A stretch of DNA of 55,575 nt from Candidatus Krumholzibacteriia bacterium (GTDB lineage Bacteria > Krumholzibacteriota > Krumholzibacteriia > LZORAL124-64-63). The notes under the pieces are model-generated. The model had not been told where the DNA came from, ran no database searches, and was given only the letters and a program-made list of their open reading frames with translations. The stretch lies in contig JAGLCY010000029.1 of assembly GCA_023270185.1 (NCBI GenBank), forward strand, positions 1 to 55,575, written 5' to 3'. Numbering within the stretch: position 1 is the first letter of the stretch; the number at the start of each line of letters is the position of its first letter. Made by a program: the position numbers and the translations under genes. Below are positions 37,516 to 47,600 of this stretch, one piece after another.

Positions 37516-37847
37516 GCGACCTGGAAGAAAACACGACTGACGACCAGGAAACCACTCCCGAGAGCGAAGCCGCAGTGGACCAGGACGATGACCTGTTGAA
37601 CATCGGGCAGGAGAGGGTTCTCGAACTCATCTCCTATCTGGTGGTCAACCTGGTGGAGCATCCCGATGATGTGACCGTCGATATCGTCAGGCGCCAGGAC
37701 CGGGACGTTTACCAGGTGCGCGTCAATGAAGCGGATCTGGGCAAGGTCATTGGCAAGGGTGGTCAGACCGCCCAGGCCATGCGTGTGCTGCTGACCGCCG
37801 TCAGCGCCCACACGGACCAACGGATCGGCCTGGAAATCGTCGAGTGA
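37512..37847 (+). CDS. KH-domain RNA-binding protein (YlqC/UPF0109 family) with an acidic N-terminal extension
   Basis: LVEHPDDVTVDIVRRQDRDVYQVRVNEADLGKVIGKGGQTAQAMRVLL contains the GxxG KH motif. It keeps the canonical slot between rpsP and rimM. Confidence 0.88.
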   Translation: MSDLEENTTDDQETTPESEAAVDQDDDLLNIGQERVLELISYLVVNLVEHPDDVTVDIVRRQDRDVYQVRVNEADLGKVIGKGGQTAQAMRVLLTAVSAHTDQRIGLEIVE

Positions 37848-37854
37848 TCAGGGT

Positions 37855-38382
37855 ATGAACCGTTTTATCGTCATCGGCGAGTTGGTCAAGGCCGTCGGGT
37901 TGAAGGGTGAGGTCAAACTCTACCCCCTGCTGGACTTTCACGAGCCCCTGCTGGACAGCCCGTACCTTGTTTGGGAAGACGGCGGACCTGTGGAGATCCA
38001 GTGGCACCGCCAGGCCGGCAGTTGCGAGGCCGTCAAGGTCAGAAGTGTCGATGGACGGAATGCCGCCGAGGCTCTGGTCGGTCGCAATTTGGGTTTCATG
38101 AGCGAGAGCTACCAGGAACCGGATTTTCCCCGTCCAGCCGGTGGCTTGCCTTTCCGGTATCTGGGGCGGCAGGTGACGACAGTGGCTGGACACGAGGTCG
38201 GAACGGTCGACGAAGTCCGTTTCACCGGCAGCAATTATCTGTTGGTGATTCCGGATGCCCGGGCCGTGGGCAGGGAGATCCTGATCCCGGCTGTTGAACC
38301 GATCCTGAGATCGGATGAGGGTCTCGATGACGTGTTGGTGATCGATCCTCCGGAAGGATTGCTCGATGTCCAATCCGGTTGA
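37855..38382 (+). CDS. rimM: 16S rRNA processing protein RimM
   Basis: IVIGELVKAVGLKGEVKLYPL..., a PRC-barrel C-terminal domain, and conserved position. Confidence 0.9.
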   Translation: MNRFIVIGELVKAVGLKGEVKLYPLLDFHEPLLDSPYLVWEDGGPVEIQWHRQAGSCEAVKVRSVDGRNAAEALVGRNLGFMSESYQEPDFPRPAGGLPFRYLGRQVTTVAGHEVGTVDEVRFTGSNYLLVIPDARAVGREILIPAVEPILRSDEGLDDVLVIDPPEGLLDVQSG

Positions 38383-39103
38383 AGCACCGGTCATCAAGGT
38401 GTTGACCCTCTTTCCGGACATGGTTCGCACCGTGCTGGAAACGAGCATCACCGGGCGGGCGGCCAAGGCCGACCGGGTGCGGTACGAGATTGTCGATATC
38501 AGGGAATTCGCGGTGGACAAACATCGCACCGTCGACGATTCCGCCTACGGTGGCGGAGCGGGCATGATCATGATGGCGCCTCCGGTCGTGGAGGCGGTGG
38601 AGTCGGTTCGCCAAAGGGACGACGCCACGGTGATCCTGACCACTCCGCAGGGTGAGACCTTCAACGAGGCCCTGACCCTGGAACTGCTGGACGATGTCCT
38701 GGAAAAAGGTGAACTGATCCTGATCTGCGGGCATTACAAGGGTGTCGACGAACGGGTGAGGGAACTGGTGGTTACACGGGAAGTATCCATCGGCGACTAT
38801 GTCCTGACGGGCGGGGAACTGCCGGCCCTGGTGATAGCCGATGCCCTGGTTCGCCGGATCGAGGGCGTGTTGCACAACGGCGACTCGGCCGGCAATGACA
38901 GTTTTACGGAATCCCGCGGAGGCGGCCTGGATTGCCAGTGGTACACCAAGCCCCCCGAGTACCGCGGACTCAAGGTGCCGGATGTTCTTTTGTCGGGACA
39001 CCACGGCAACATAGATAAGTGGCGGAACGAACAGTCCGCCGACAGAACCCGTTCACGAAGGCCGGATCTTGCGGGTCCTGACTCCGGGAACGATGTGGAT
39101 TGA
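38366..39103 (+). CDS. trmD: tRNA (guanine37-N1)-methyltransferase
   Basis: IKVLTLFPDM, DDSAYGGGAGMIM, ICGHYKGVDERV, IGDYVLTGGELPA and GHHGNIDKWR. Confidence 0.96.
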   Translation: MSNPVEAPVIKVLTLFPDMVRTVLETSITGRAAKADRVRYEIVDIREFAVDKHRTVDDSAYGGGAGMIMMAPPVVEAVESVRQRDDATVILTTPQGETFNEALTLELLDDVLEKGELILICGHYKGVDERVRELVVTREVSIGDYVLTGGELPALVIADALVRRIEGVLHNGDSAGNDSFTESRGGGLDCQWYTKPPEYRGLKVPDVLLSGHHGNIDKWRNEQSADRTRSRRPDLAGPDSGNDVD

Positions 39104-39188
39104 ACAATAGTCGAGTGTAACGCCGGACCCCGGTCCAAGTGTCAGAAGCGAGGACACGACACCGGGCAGGCATTAATTGGAGGCAGAG

Positions 39189-39533
39189 ATGAACATCGTC
39201 GAACAGATGCGGGCCGAGGGCCTGCGGGACGATCTTCCGGATTTCAATATCGGTGACACCATCAACGTCGCCGTGCGGATCGTGGAAGGCGGTAAAAGCC
39301 GTATCCAGAATTTCATCGGAGCGGTGATCGCCAGGCAGGGTACCGGGCATGAGGCTTCGATCACGGTGCGCAAGATTTCCGGAGGGATCGCGGTTGAGCG
39401 TATCTTCCCGGTTGAATCGCCCAACGTGGATTCCATCACGGTGAAGAAACGGGGCCGTATTCGTCGCGCCAAGCTCTACTACCTGCGCGGCCGGACCGGC
39501 CGTAAGGCCAGGATCCGCGAAGCCCGTCGGTAG
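39189..39533 (+). CDS. rplS: 50S ribosomal protein L19
   Basis: ATG at 39189 is 6 nt after GGAGG and gives MNIVEQMRAEGLRDDLPDFNIGDTINV.... RIQNFIGAVIARQG and YYLRGR are also present. Confidence 0.95.
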   Translation: MNIVEQMRAEGLRDDLPDFNIGDTINVAVRIVEGGKSRIQNFIGAVIARQGTGHEASITVRKISGGIAVERIFPVESPNVDSITVKKRGRIRRAKLYYLRGRTGRKARIREARR

Positions 39534-39539
39534 GCGACG

Positions 39540-40172
39540 GTGCCCGGCAAAGTAGGTCCCCTGGCGCTTTTCGACCGGGAGAAGACCGGCCGGGGCCAGC
39601 GGTTGCTTGCGGGTGTCGACGAGGCGGGACGTGGGTGCTGGGCAGGTCCGGTGATCGCCGCGGCGGTTATTCTACCGGATAGCTGGTGTCCTGACGGCTT
39701 GGACGACAGCAAGAAATTGACCGCTCGCCAGCGTGAAGATTTCTATGAGCAAATCCAGGCAAGCGCCCTCAGTTGGGGCGCTTGTGCTGTTTCTTCCGTG
39801 GAAATCGACCGGACGAACATTCTGCGCGCCACCCTGTGCGCCATGGCCGGTGCGGTAGCCCGTCTGGATCCACGGCCGGACCTTGTCCTGGTGGACGGTC
39901 TTCAGGTTCCAGATGTTGAATACCCTGCCGAAGCGGTGGTCAAAGGGGACTCCACCAGCGCTTCCATCGCCGCCGCGAGCGTGGTGGCCAAGGTTCTGCG
40001 GGACAGGGTGATGGTTGCCTGGGACAAACGGTTTCCAGGTTATGGTTTCGCTGCCCACAAGGGTTACGGGGCGGCCTCGCATCGCCAGGCTCTGGTCCGG
40101 CTGGGGCCCTGCCCCCTGCACCGCTTCAGTTACCGCCCGGTTGCCGAGCTTGATCAGGGCCGGCTGTTCTAG
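39540..40172 (+). CDS. rnhB: Ribonuclease HII
   Basis: AGVDEAGRGCWAGPVIAAAV, DDSKKLT and ASIAAASVVAKV.RD. GTG start. Confidence 0.93.
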   Translation: MPGKVGPLALFDREKTGRGQRLLAGVDEAGRGCWAGPVIAAAVILPDSWCPDGLDDSKKLTARQREDFYEQIQASALSWGACAVSSVEIDRTNILRATLCAMAGAVARLDPRPDLVLVDGLQVPDVEYPAEAVVKGDSTSASIAAASVVAKVLRDRVMVAWDKRFPGYGFAAHKGYGAASHRQALVRLGPCPLHRFSYRPVAELDQGRLF

Positions 40173-40270
40173 CTAGCAGGCTGTTGAATCAAACGGTGGG
40201 CACTCCTTTTGCTTGGATTCTCCATAGTCATTTCATCCAACCGGATCCTCCCCGAAGGAGAGTTGGGCTC

Positions 40271-40633
40271 ATGCCCGAGAAGCATTCCCTTGGACGATGG
40301 GGTGAGGATGTTGCCTGTCGGTTCCTCGAAATGTGTGGCTATCAATGTCTGGACCGGAGGTTCCGTCGCCCTGGTGGTGAAATCGATCTGATTCTCGCGC
40401 GGGACTTGATGGTGGTATTTGTCGAAGTCAAGACACGGGGGCCCCGGTGCCAGGTTCCTCCCGAGGTGTGGGTGACCCCTCGCCAGCGGTCCCGGTTGCG
40501 ACGTATGGCCAGAATCTGGCTGGCCGATCACCATGACCCCGCCTGGATCGGCTATCGTTTCGACGTGGTTGCCATATCATATGGTGGGAGCGATGGCGGA
40601 TCGGAACTCCGTCACCTGGTCGGAGTTGGTTGA
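40271..40633 (+). CDS. yraN: YraN-family (UPF0102) endonuclease-like protein
   Basis: ATG at 40271 gives LGRWGEDVACRFLEMCGYQCLDRRFRRPGGEIDLILARD..VVFVEVKTR, a PD-(D/E)xK-like core. It follows rnhB, as in many genomes. Confidence 0.88.
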   Translation: MPEKHSLGRWGEDVACRFLEMCGYQCLDRRFRRPGGEIDLILARDLMVVFVEVKTRGPRCQVPPEVWVTPRQRSRLRRMARIWLADHHDPAWIGYRFDVVAISYGGSDGGSELRHLVGVG

Positions 40634-40866
40634 TCCCTGCATCGGCTGTGGACTGTTGCGGGCGGGTTGGCTCCTCCTTACCTTCATTCGATTCGGAAAC
40701 GCCCAGGTTTGGGCCTGCAACCCGAGATACCCCACCCACACCAACCGCCTCCGGTATTTTCGGGTCGAAACCTCGACCGCGCGGTTGCGTAGGAAAGTCA
40801 ACATACGTTGGCAACCCTGCCTCGGAGGAAAATCCGGGGAGACACTTCGCTTCCATTAGGACGGAC

Positions 40867-43800
40867 ATGCTCGCAGACCGCACAGTTCTGGCCCGACATG
40901 AGGCTTTCGATGGCTCCTTTTTCCGCTCGAGCCGTCTTTTGGCCCCTCGCGCTGCCTGGATCTGTCGGTTGGGATCCCCACGGAGCATCGGGTTCGCCTT
41001 ATTCGTGCTGATGCTGGTGGGGATCCTGCCGGCGGTTGGGGCTCCCATCCTGCTGGATAATGACGGTAACGGGGTGGAAGACCTCCTCGACGAGTGGCTG
41101 GCCGGTCGCGCGGGGTGGGAGGACCTGCGTCAAACGGCGTTGGCAGCCACCTTGCGAATGGATACCGACAAGGCCGCCGGTTCCATCCCACCCGATGATT
41201 TTTCCCCGAATGCAAAACCCGCGGAAGGTGGCTGGTTGGCCGGCAACCTGCGCCTGCTTTGTCTGGGATCCACAGCCGCGGGTCTGGCCCGGGCGACGGA
41301 GGCGGGGTCACGCGCCGGCCAATGCCGGGTCCTTCACTCACTGGACCGTTTCGGTGGGGTAACCGTCCTGGATCTTGATGAAGCGGGCTTGCGCGCTTTC
41401 CTCACCAACCGACCATTCGGCCGTTTTCTGCTGGACCGGGACGGTGTGCCTGCCCTGGCGGACAGTCGCGGCCTGGCCGGGGCAGCCCGGTTGGAAGCCG
41501 GCAGATGGCGGCTGGGGGATGATTGGTCCTCCACCGTGGCCATCCTGGATTCGGGTTGCGACACGGCCCATGGTGATCTGGGGGATTTCCAGGACGACGA
41601 TATTGACGGTCCGGCTCCCGCCGTCGGCGACGAGGGAGATTGGTTCCCGGCCGACAACGGCTGGCCCTTGTTCGAGGGATACAAGGTGGTCGGCTGGCAC
41701 GACGTGACCGACGATTTTCCCCTTGCCGCGGGGCCCTGGGATTATCATCACCACGGCACGGCCCTGGCTTCCGTGGTCGCCGGGAGCGGTTCGGTCGATC
41801 CCGATTACAGGGGCATGTCGCCGGGGGCCCGATTGACCGTGGTGAAGTTCTACGATTTTGACCAGACCTGGCATGCCTGGGCCGGAGATTTCCTGGCCGC
41901 CTGCGCGTGGACACTCGAAAACCGGGACGTCTACAGGATCCGCACCGTTCTTATGGCGGTGAACTGGGATGTGGATGCCGGGATCAGTTCGGCCATGGCC
42001 GATTTTGTTTCCGCTGGTCTGCTTCCGGTGGCGGCTGTCGGGAACCACGGCATCGAATCGGTGGGCCCAGGTTTTCCGGCTTCCCTTCCCGACGTGTTGA
42101 CAGTCGGCAGTGTGGACGGGTCGGGCGCCTTGGCTGCCTACAGTGGACGCGGGCTGACCGTGGAGGACAAACCCGACCTGCTTGCACCGGGTGGCGGATT
42201 GCTCATCGGCGGCGGACGGATCATCGCCGCGGACAACGAACCTGACGACACCTACAGCGGGCGCTTCGGCACCAGCCTGTCCGCCGCCCACGTGGCCGGC
42301 GCGGTCCATCTGCTGGACGAGGCCCTGCTTGAGAACGGAATCATCCTGCCCCCGGACCGAACCTCGGTCCTGACCAGGTCGGCCCTGCTGAAACTTTCCG
42401 CCGCGGCGGTGGTGCGGGCAGAGAATTCCGAGGGCACAGGCCACGAAACCATGATCTTCCCGGCTGGTCCGGACGCCCTCCGGGGCTGGGGGTTGCTGAG
42501 GGTCGACACCGCGGTCGAGGCTGCGCTGCGGCCGCTCATGCCGGGCCAGGACCAGATTGATACCTTGACCGCGGATTGGGACAAGCCGGTGGTTGCCCGC
42601 AGGCTGATCACCAATCCTCAGATCCGCTATTTGATCGAGGCGGTTCCTTCCAGTGGACTAGACATCGTTCTGGAAGTGGTCGACCCGCGCTGGCTGGACG
42701 ACCCGGCCACATACGACCGTGTGCGGCGCCGGGATGCCAATGGACCGGGAGTTTCGGAATTCACTTATCTGAGGCCTGATCACCACAGTTGGTTATCGCT
42801 GGTCGTCAAACGCAAGACCGGCTCGGGGACCGTTTCCCTGCGAATCCGGGAAGCCGATTCCTTCCCGGACCAGGGAATATTCTCGGTGCTGCCGGGTCTC
42901 GTCACCGGTGCTCCCAATGCCGGCAATGTTACTGGTTTCAACGATGTTTCCCTTGTGATTTCCTCCAGGGTAACCGTCGACCTGGGAGCCAGGTCCCTGA
43001 ATGTCATGAACACCGCCGGCGTTTTTCGCCCGGGTTGGCCCGTTTTCGTGTTTCCCCACAGCTCCAGCCAGGGCGGGCTTTCCCAACCTCTGGTCTGGGA
43101 CATGGATGGGATTCCCGGTGACGAGATAGTGGTGGCATCCGATTTCGGATCCGTTTACTTCTTCAACGGATCCGGTGTTCATGATGAGGTTGCGCTTACC
43201 CTGAACCGGTCCCTCACCACGCCGGTTGGTGTTGTCACCGCCGGAGGGGACCACCGTGTCGCCGTAGTGGACAAACTTGGCACGGTCAGAATCTGGTCCC
43301 ACGGCCCCGTGCTGGAAGGCCAGACGGATCTGGGCCACAATCTTCCCCTGGCGCCAGCCGCCGGCCGGTTGGTGTCCGGTTCCGGGGAATCGCTCGTTGT
43401 GGCTTTTGCGGATGGACATGTGGCTGCCCTGGGTGAAGATCTTTCCCCCTTGCCGGGATGGCCGCGGGATCTCGGCGTTGCCCTGGGCGTGGCGCCGGTG
43501 ATGTGTGACCTGGACGACGACGGGATTCATGAAATCGTGCTGCCCGCCCTTGATACCCTGACCGGGCGGCTGACCATGCGGGTCCTGGATGCCCAGGGGC
43601 AGTCGCTTTTCGGGAATGGGGTGGTGGTTCCGGCTCCGGAGGGTGGTGGCTGGCTGGCTCTTTCCCCGGCCGTGGTGGCGGGTGGTTACGGAACCGGTGA
43701 CCTGCGCGTCACTCTCACCGGCCTGGCGGATAACGGCCTGTTCGGGGATCAGGACACATGGGTTCTGGGCCAAGGGGCACTGCTTGCCAGTGGTGTTCCA

Positions 43801-44550
43801 TCTGTCGCGACGCGACCCGGATTCCGGGTAAAGGCTTCCACCTCCCAAGGTATTCTCACCCTTGATCATGTCCTTTTGCCGGCTCCGTTGGCCTGGGACT
43901 TTCTCGGAGGCAGTGGAACCGAAGTCAATTCCCTGGTGAGCGTGAACTGGTCCGAAGTGCTCATCGGGCTGACATCACTGCCCGGAGCCTGCACCAGTTG
44001 GTTCGGGCCCGGCGATGAAACCCAACCCCTCGTCAAACGGCAGCCCCTGACCCTTGGGGGCAGGGCGGACGAAATGTTCGCCAGCGCGGGCACGCTTCTG
44101 ATTCCCGGGCAGGGGGATGTTTCCCTGCGTGTGGATGTTCTTGAGCACAGGGTGGGCGTCCTGCCAATCCGGAAACTCACGAATTCAGTGACCCCCTGGG
44201 TTGCCGCCCGCTGTGACGGTCGTAACAGTGGGGCTTTCCCCCTCCGCCAACTCGTGTCCTCCGTTCCGGAACGGGTTCCCGGAGGTGGGCGCCTGATTGT
44301 CTATCCCAATCCCGGAGGTGGTCAGTTCAATTTCAGGGTATCCGGTATCATGGTTTCTTCAGGGCTCAGCTTGGAAATCTTCGACTTGCGTGGCCACCGA
44401 GTCCGGGTGCTGGATTTCGGGGCCGAACCGGGTTTGATCCGCTGGGACGGAACCGGTCGGGACGGCAGGCCTTTGGCCGCCGGCACGTATCTGGCAGTCA
44501 CCAGGGGCGGGGGCAAATCCCTGGTGGCCAGGGTCGTTCTCACTCGTTGA
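40867..44550 (+). CDS. Secreted multidomain subtilase: S8 peptidase + FG-GAP/VCBS-like repeat region + T9SS/FlgD-Ig-type C-terminal domain (start uncertain)
   Basis: The S8 triad motifs are VAILDSGCD (Asp codon 41548-41550), HHHGTALAS (His 41752-41754) and GTSLSAAHVAG (Ser 42274-42276). A hydrophobic leader (IGFALFVLMLVGILPAVGAP) and a Ca-binding-like DNDGNGVEDLLD are present. FG-GAP-like segments are DMDGIPGDEIVVASDFGSVYFF and CDLDDDGIHEIVLP. The C-terminus is LIVYPNPGGGQFNFRV...LEIFDLRGHRVRVL...IRWDGTGRDGRPLAAGTYLAV. Confidence 0.8.
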   Translation: MLADRTVLARHEAFDGSFFRSSRLLAPRAAWICRLGSPRSIGFALFVLMLVGILPAVGAPILLDNDGNGVEDLLDEWLAGRAGWEDLRQTALAATLRMDTDKAAGSIPPDDFSPNAKPAEGGWLAGNLRLLCLGSTAAGLARATEAGSRAGQCRVLHSLDRFGGVTVLDLDEAGLRAFLTNRPFGRFLLDRDGVPALADSRGLAGAARLEAGRWRLGDDWSSTVAILDSGCDTAHGDLGDFQDDDIDGPAPAVGDEGDWFPADNGWPLFEGYKVVGWHDVTDDFPLAAGPWDYHHHGTALASVVAGSGSVDPDYRGMSPGARLTVVKFYDFDQTWHAWAGDFLAACAWTLENRDVYRIRTVLMAVNWDVDAGISSAMADFVSAGLLPVAAVGNHGIESVGPGFPASLPDVLTVGSVDGSGALAAYSGRGLTVEDKPDLLAPGGGLLIGGGRIIAADNEPDDTYSGRFGTSLSAAHVAGAVHLLDEALLENGIILPPDRTSVLTRSALLKLSAAAVVRAENSEGTGHETMIFPAGPDALRGWGLLRVDTAVEAALRPLMPGQDQIDTLTADWDKPVVARRLITNPQIRYLIEAVPSSGLDIVLEVVDPRWLDDPATYDRVRRRDANGPGVSEFTYLRPDHHSWLSLVVKRKTGSGTVSLRIREADSFPDQGIFSVLPGLVTGAPNAGNVTGFNDVSLVISSRVTVDLGARSLNVMNTAGVFRPGWPVFVFPHSSSQGGLSQPLVWDMDGIPGDEIVVASDFGSVYFFNGSGVHDEVALTLNRSLTTPVGVVTAGGDHRVAVVDKLGTVRIWSHGPVLEGQTDLGHNLPLAPAAGRLVSGSGESLVVAFADGHVAALGEDLSPLPGWPRDLGVALGVAPVMCDLDDDGIHEIVLPALDTLTGRLTMRVLDAQGQSLFGNGVVVPAPEGGGWLALSPAVVAGGYGTGDLRVTLTGLADNGLFGDQDTWVLGQGALLASGVPSVATRPGFRVKASTSQGILTLDHVLLPAPLAWDFLGGSGTEVNSLVSVNWSEVLIGLTSLPGACTSWFGPGDETQPLVKRQPLTLGGRADEMFASAGTLLIPGQGDVSLRVDVLEHRVGVLPIRKLTNSVTPWVAARCDGRNSGAFPLRQLVSSVPERVPGGGRLIVYPNPGGGQFNFRVSGIMVSSGLSLEIFDLRGHRVRVLDFGAEPGLIRWDGTGRDGRPLAAGTYLAVTRGGGKSLVARVVLTR

Positions 44551-44607
44551 CCAGCCCTTTCTAATTTCTCCCTCCCTTCCTGCGGGTATCCGTGATAGAT
44601 TTCCGCC

Positions 44608-47600
44608 ATGGAAAAAGACAACCTGAGCGAACCAAATTACTGGAAGATTCTCAGCGCTGCCGAGGAAACCCTGGCAAAGGGTGATTTCGCCGGAAGCGAA
44701 TATCTTTTTCACGATGCTTCCGGACGCCGTGACCGCTCGCCAGGGCGAGTGTTTTTTTCCGAGAAACTGACCGACGGCCTCAAGGGACTGCTCAACAAAA
44801 CAACACATGGGGATGAACGGGAATCCGATTCCCCCGGTCGATGGTCCAGGCGTACGTTCGACTTCAGAAGCCGCTTCCTTGCCCTGGGTGAAAAAACCGT
44901 TCGCGAAGGTGTCCGGGTGGCGCAATTGCGCCCCGAGGATGATCCCGCCACAAATCAGCCGGTGCTTGAGGCGGCGCTTTTCCTGGTTGCGCGAAGCAGT
45001 ATTTTCCAGGAAGAACCCTCATCCGCCGTCCCGTTGCTCAAGGGGTTGTTCCGGACCGCCTGCCGTACGGCGCGGCCATTCGATTTCAACCTGGTGCGGC
45101 ACGACCTCCCATTGACCGAAGAGGATCGACTCTGGCTCGCCGGCAAGGGCGGTGAGCTGTTCGATGTCTTTATCGAGCAGGAGGTGCTGGTGCCCGGTTC
45201 CGCCGAAGCGGGGGAATGGGCCCGGGTGGTTCTGCAACTGCTGGAACCCCGGTATTTCGGGTCGGCCGGTCGTCTGGAAGAGGAGAGGAGTTGGCTCGAG
45301 GCCGTAACGGCGGATCGTCTGTTGGGCAGGGCCGCCGCCAGCGTCGAACTCTACCGTGCCTATCTCGGGGTCGGATCCATTTCCGGGGCTCGAAACGATG
45401 AAGCCCGGGTGCGCCTGTTGGAACTCATGGGCAACACCGACGCGGAACATTTCCCGGTGCCCCGTTATGACGAAGCTGTCTCCGCCCTGTCTCCGGACGG
45501 ACTTTCCCCCGGAAGTTCCCTTGTATCCCGCTGGGAATCCGCCCGTGCCTGCATCGATTATCGGCGTCCCTTGTCTGGAACAAATGAGGACCATTCCGGC
45601 GCCTGGGCTTCGCTGGCTCTTGAGCCTGATGGTTGTGTCACGATTGTTTTCTGGTGGGACGATGAGCCGAGAGATGTGGCCTATTGGCGCCAAGGTGAGA
45701 ACACCGGTCCGCTGGATGAATTTCTCGCTCCCTGCCGGGGGCGTCTGGTGGCCTACGATGAAGCCGTTAGTCCTTTTGTCTCGACCGCATGGAGGGAAGC
45801 GCCCGCATCCTGGACCGTGAGGGAGTTCATGGGGGCGGTCATGGAAAGCCGCCTTCCGGAACACGGACTTGATCAGGAAACCCTGCTCGGTCTGTGTCTT
45901 GCGGAGACGGGACCTTGGCGGACGGGGTGGAACCCGGCCGCCGGACATCCGGAACTGGAACCCCCGCGCAGTTCCTCTCTGCTGGAGACATGGGAAGAGG
46001 GCCCCGCGGCTGGTGCCCTTGTGGCAGGCCTGTCCTGGTTGGCCGTTCGCAACCGGGTGGCCTCGGGAGATCCTGCCCTGCGCGCGGGCATTGGTGAACT
46101 GGCGCGTCGCGGTGATCCGGCCTCAATGTTTATCTACGGTTTCATCACCATGGATTCCCATGGCGACTCCGGGCTCGACGCCGCCTTCCAGCCCTGGACC
46201 CTGCCTTTGCTGTGGACGAGGCCCGATCCCTTCGGCTGGACAACCTCCGGTGTTTCGGGGCGCGGAGAAATATCAAAATCTTCGGATCACGGCATCCGGC
46301 TGGATCTTGGCCGGAATGATCTGGCCATCGTTTCCACGGGGGAACCGACTTCGGTTTTGGCCGCTTGGGGCGATGGAAGCCAGAGGTGGCGGGTGGTGCT
46401 GGACCGTCTGGACCGATTGGAGTCCCTGGCCCAGGTTGCACAGGGAGTCATCGGGCCGGTGACCCTGATTCCACCGGCGGGGACAGTCCATTCCCTGGGC
46501 GCGGCCCTGGAATTCCTCGAATCGCTCCTGACGGATGTTCGTCCCGAGCAGGATGCCCTGCTGCCCCTCTTCCATTGGTTGCGGCTGGTCGAGACCCACA
46601 ACGGAGACCTCCTGGACTTTCGACAGGTCAGACCACGACCCTCGGGCCTCTTTCCCTTGTACGACCGTTACGCCGAGGCGATCGGATTTCTGAACCGGGA
46701 AGAACCGCGTCTGGATCCCGAGGGTCACCTGGATTCCTGGGCGGGTCAATTCAGTCAAAGGGTGCGCAAGGCGGGCCTGGTGGCCGGACCGGTTGATCAC
46801 CTGGCGGTGACGCCGGATAGGCTCGACAGCCTGTGGGGAGTGTTCGAGGGCAGTGATGTTTCCTGGGTGTTCCTCGACAGTGCCGCTATCCACTGGACCC
46901 TGCTGCGGAGGGGCGGTGTCGGTATCCAGGAAATCCATGCCCTCCTGCACAGTCGCGGGCGCCGTCATTTATCCCTGCTGACGGGTGCGGTTTGGCTCCC
47001 GTCGGAACTGGAGGCCCTGCTGGGTTCCTGGCTGGGGGTCTTCGGAAATCCCTATTGCCTGTCCCTGACCGATGGCCGCCCGCCCACATTGCGCCTGGCG
47101 GACAAGGGTATCCAACCGGAAGCCCGGGTTCTGGTCTCCGAAGCGCTGGCCAGCCAGGCGACCTGGTTGGACCGGGCCTTTGTTGAATCCGGTGGAGGTT
47201 TTATTCAGTTACCCGTCGAAGGTCGGGCCGCGGCCTTTTGGAATTCCGTCAGCAATGGTGAGGTCGCCCTGGCGGGGAGGAACTGGAATTTTGTCCCACC
47301 GGTAAATGATGAACCCCACGAGAGTCCCCGCGGTGGCGGCATGCTGGCGGTGCCTTCCCTGGCCAGTCTGGAAATCGAGGCCATGCCGGTGGCGCGTTCG
47401 GACACCCGCGCTGATTGGGCCAAGGCCGATAGCGAACGGAGCACTTTTTTCTCCTGGCGCAGGCAAGTCTGCTCCCTTGAGATAGCCGCCTATCTGGCCG
47501 GACCGTGGGAAACCGTCGCCATCCTGGATACGCGCTGGTGGAGGCTCCTTTTGAAGGGGATTCCCTCCGGGTCGGTGACCGAAACGGTTCAATCCTCACC

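Noticed and set aside
37014-37820. 268-aa antisense ORF and a +2-frame basic ORF (37160..37495, PKKKPRSPP...) over the S16 tail.
   Set aside because: These are by-products of the GCC/GAA/AAG-rich low-complexity coding sequence. The S16 frame is continuous with an unmistakable S16 core.
41338-43869. Two long antisense ORFs (41338..42444 and 42793..43869) inside the subtilase gene. Similar ones lie inside the giant ORF (45019..45948, 46273..46968, 49993..51006).
   Set aside because: All are G/R/P/H/Q-rich translations without motifs, lying opposite long continuous sense ORFs with genome-typical third-position G/C. They are expected by chance at this GC content.
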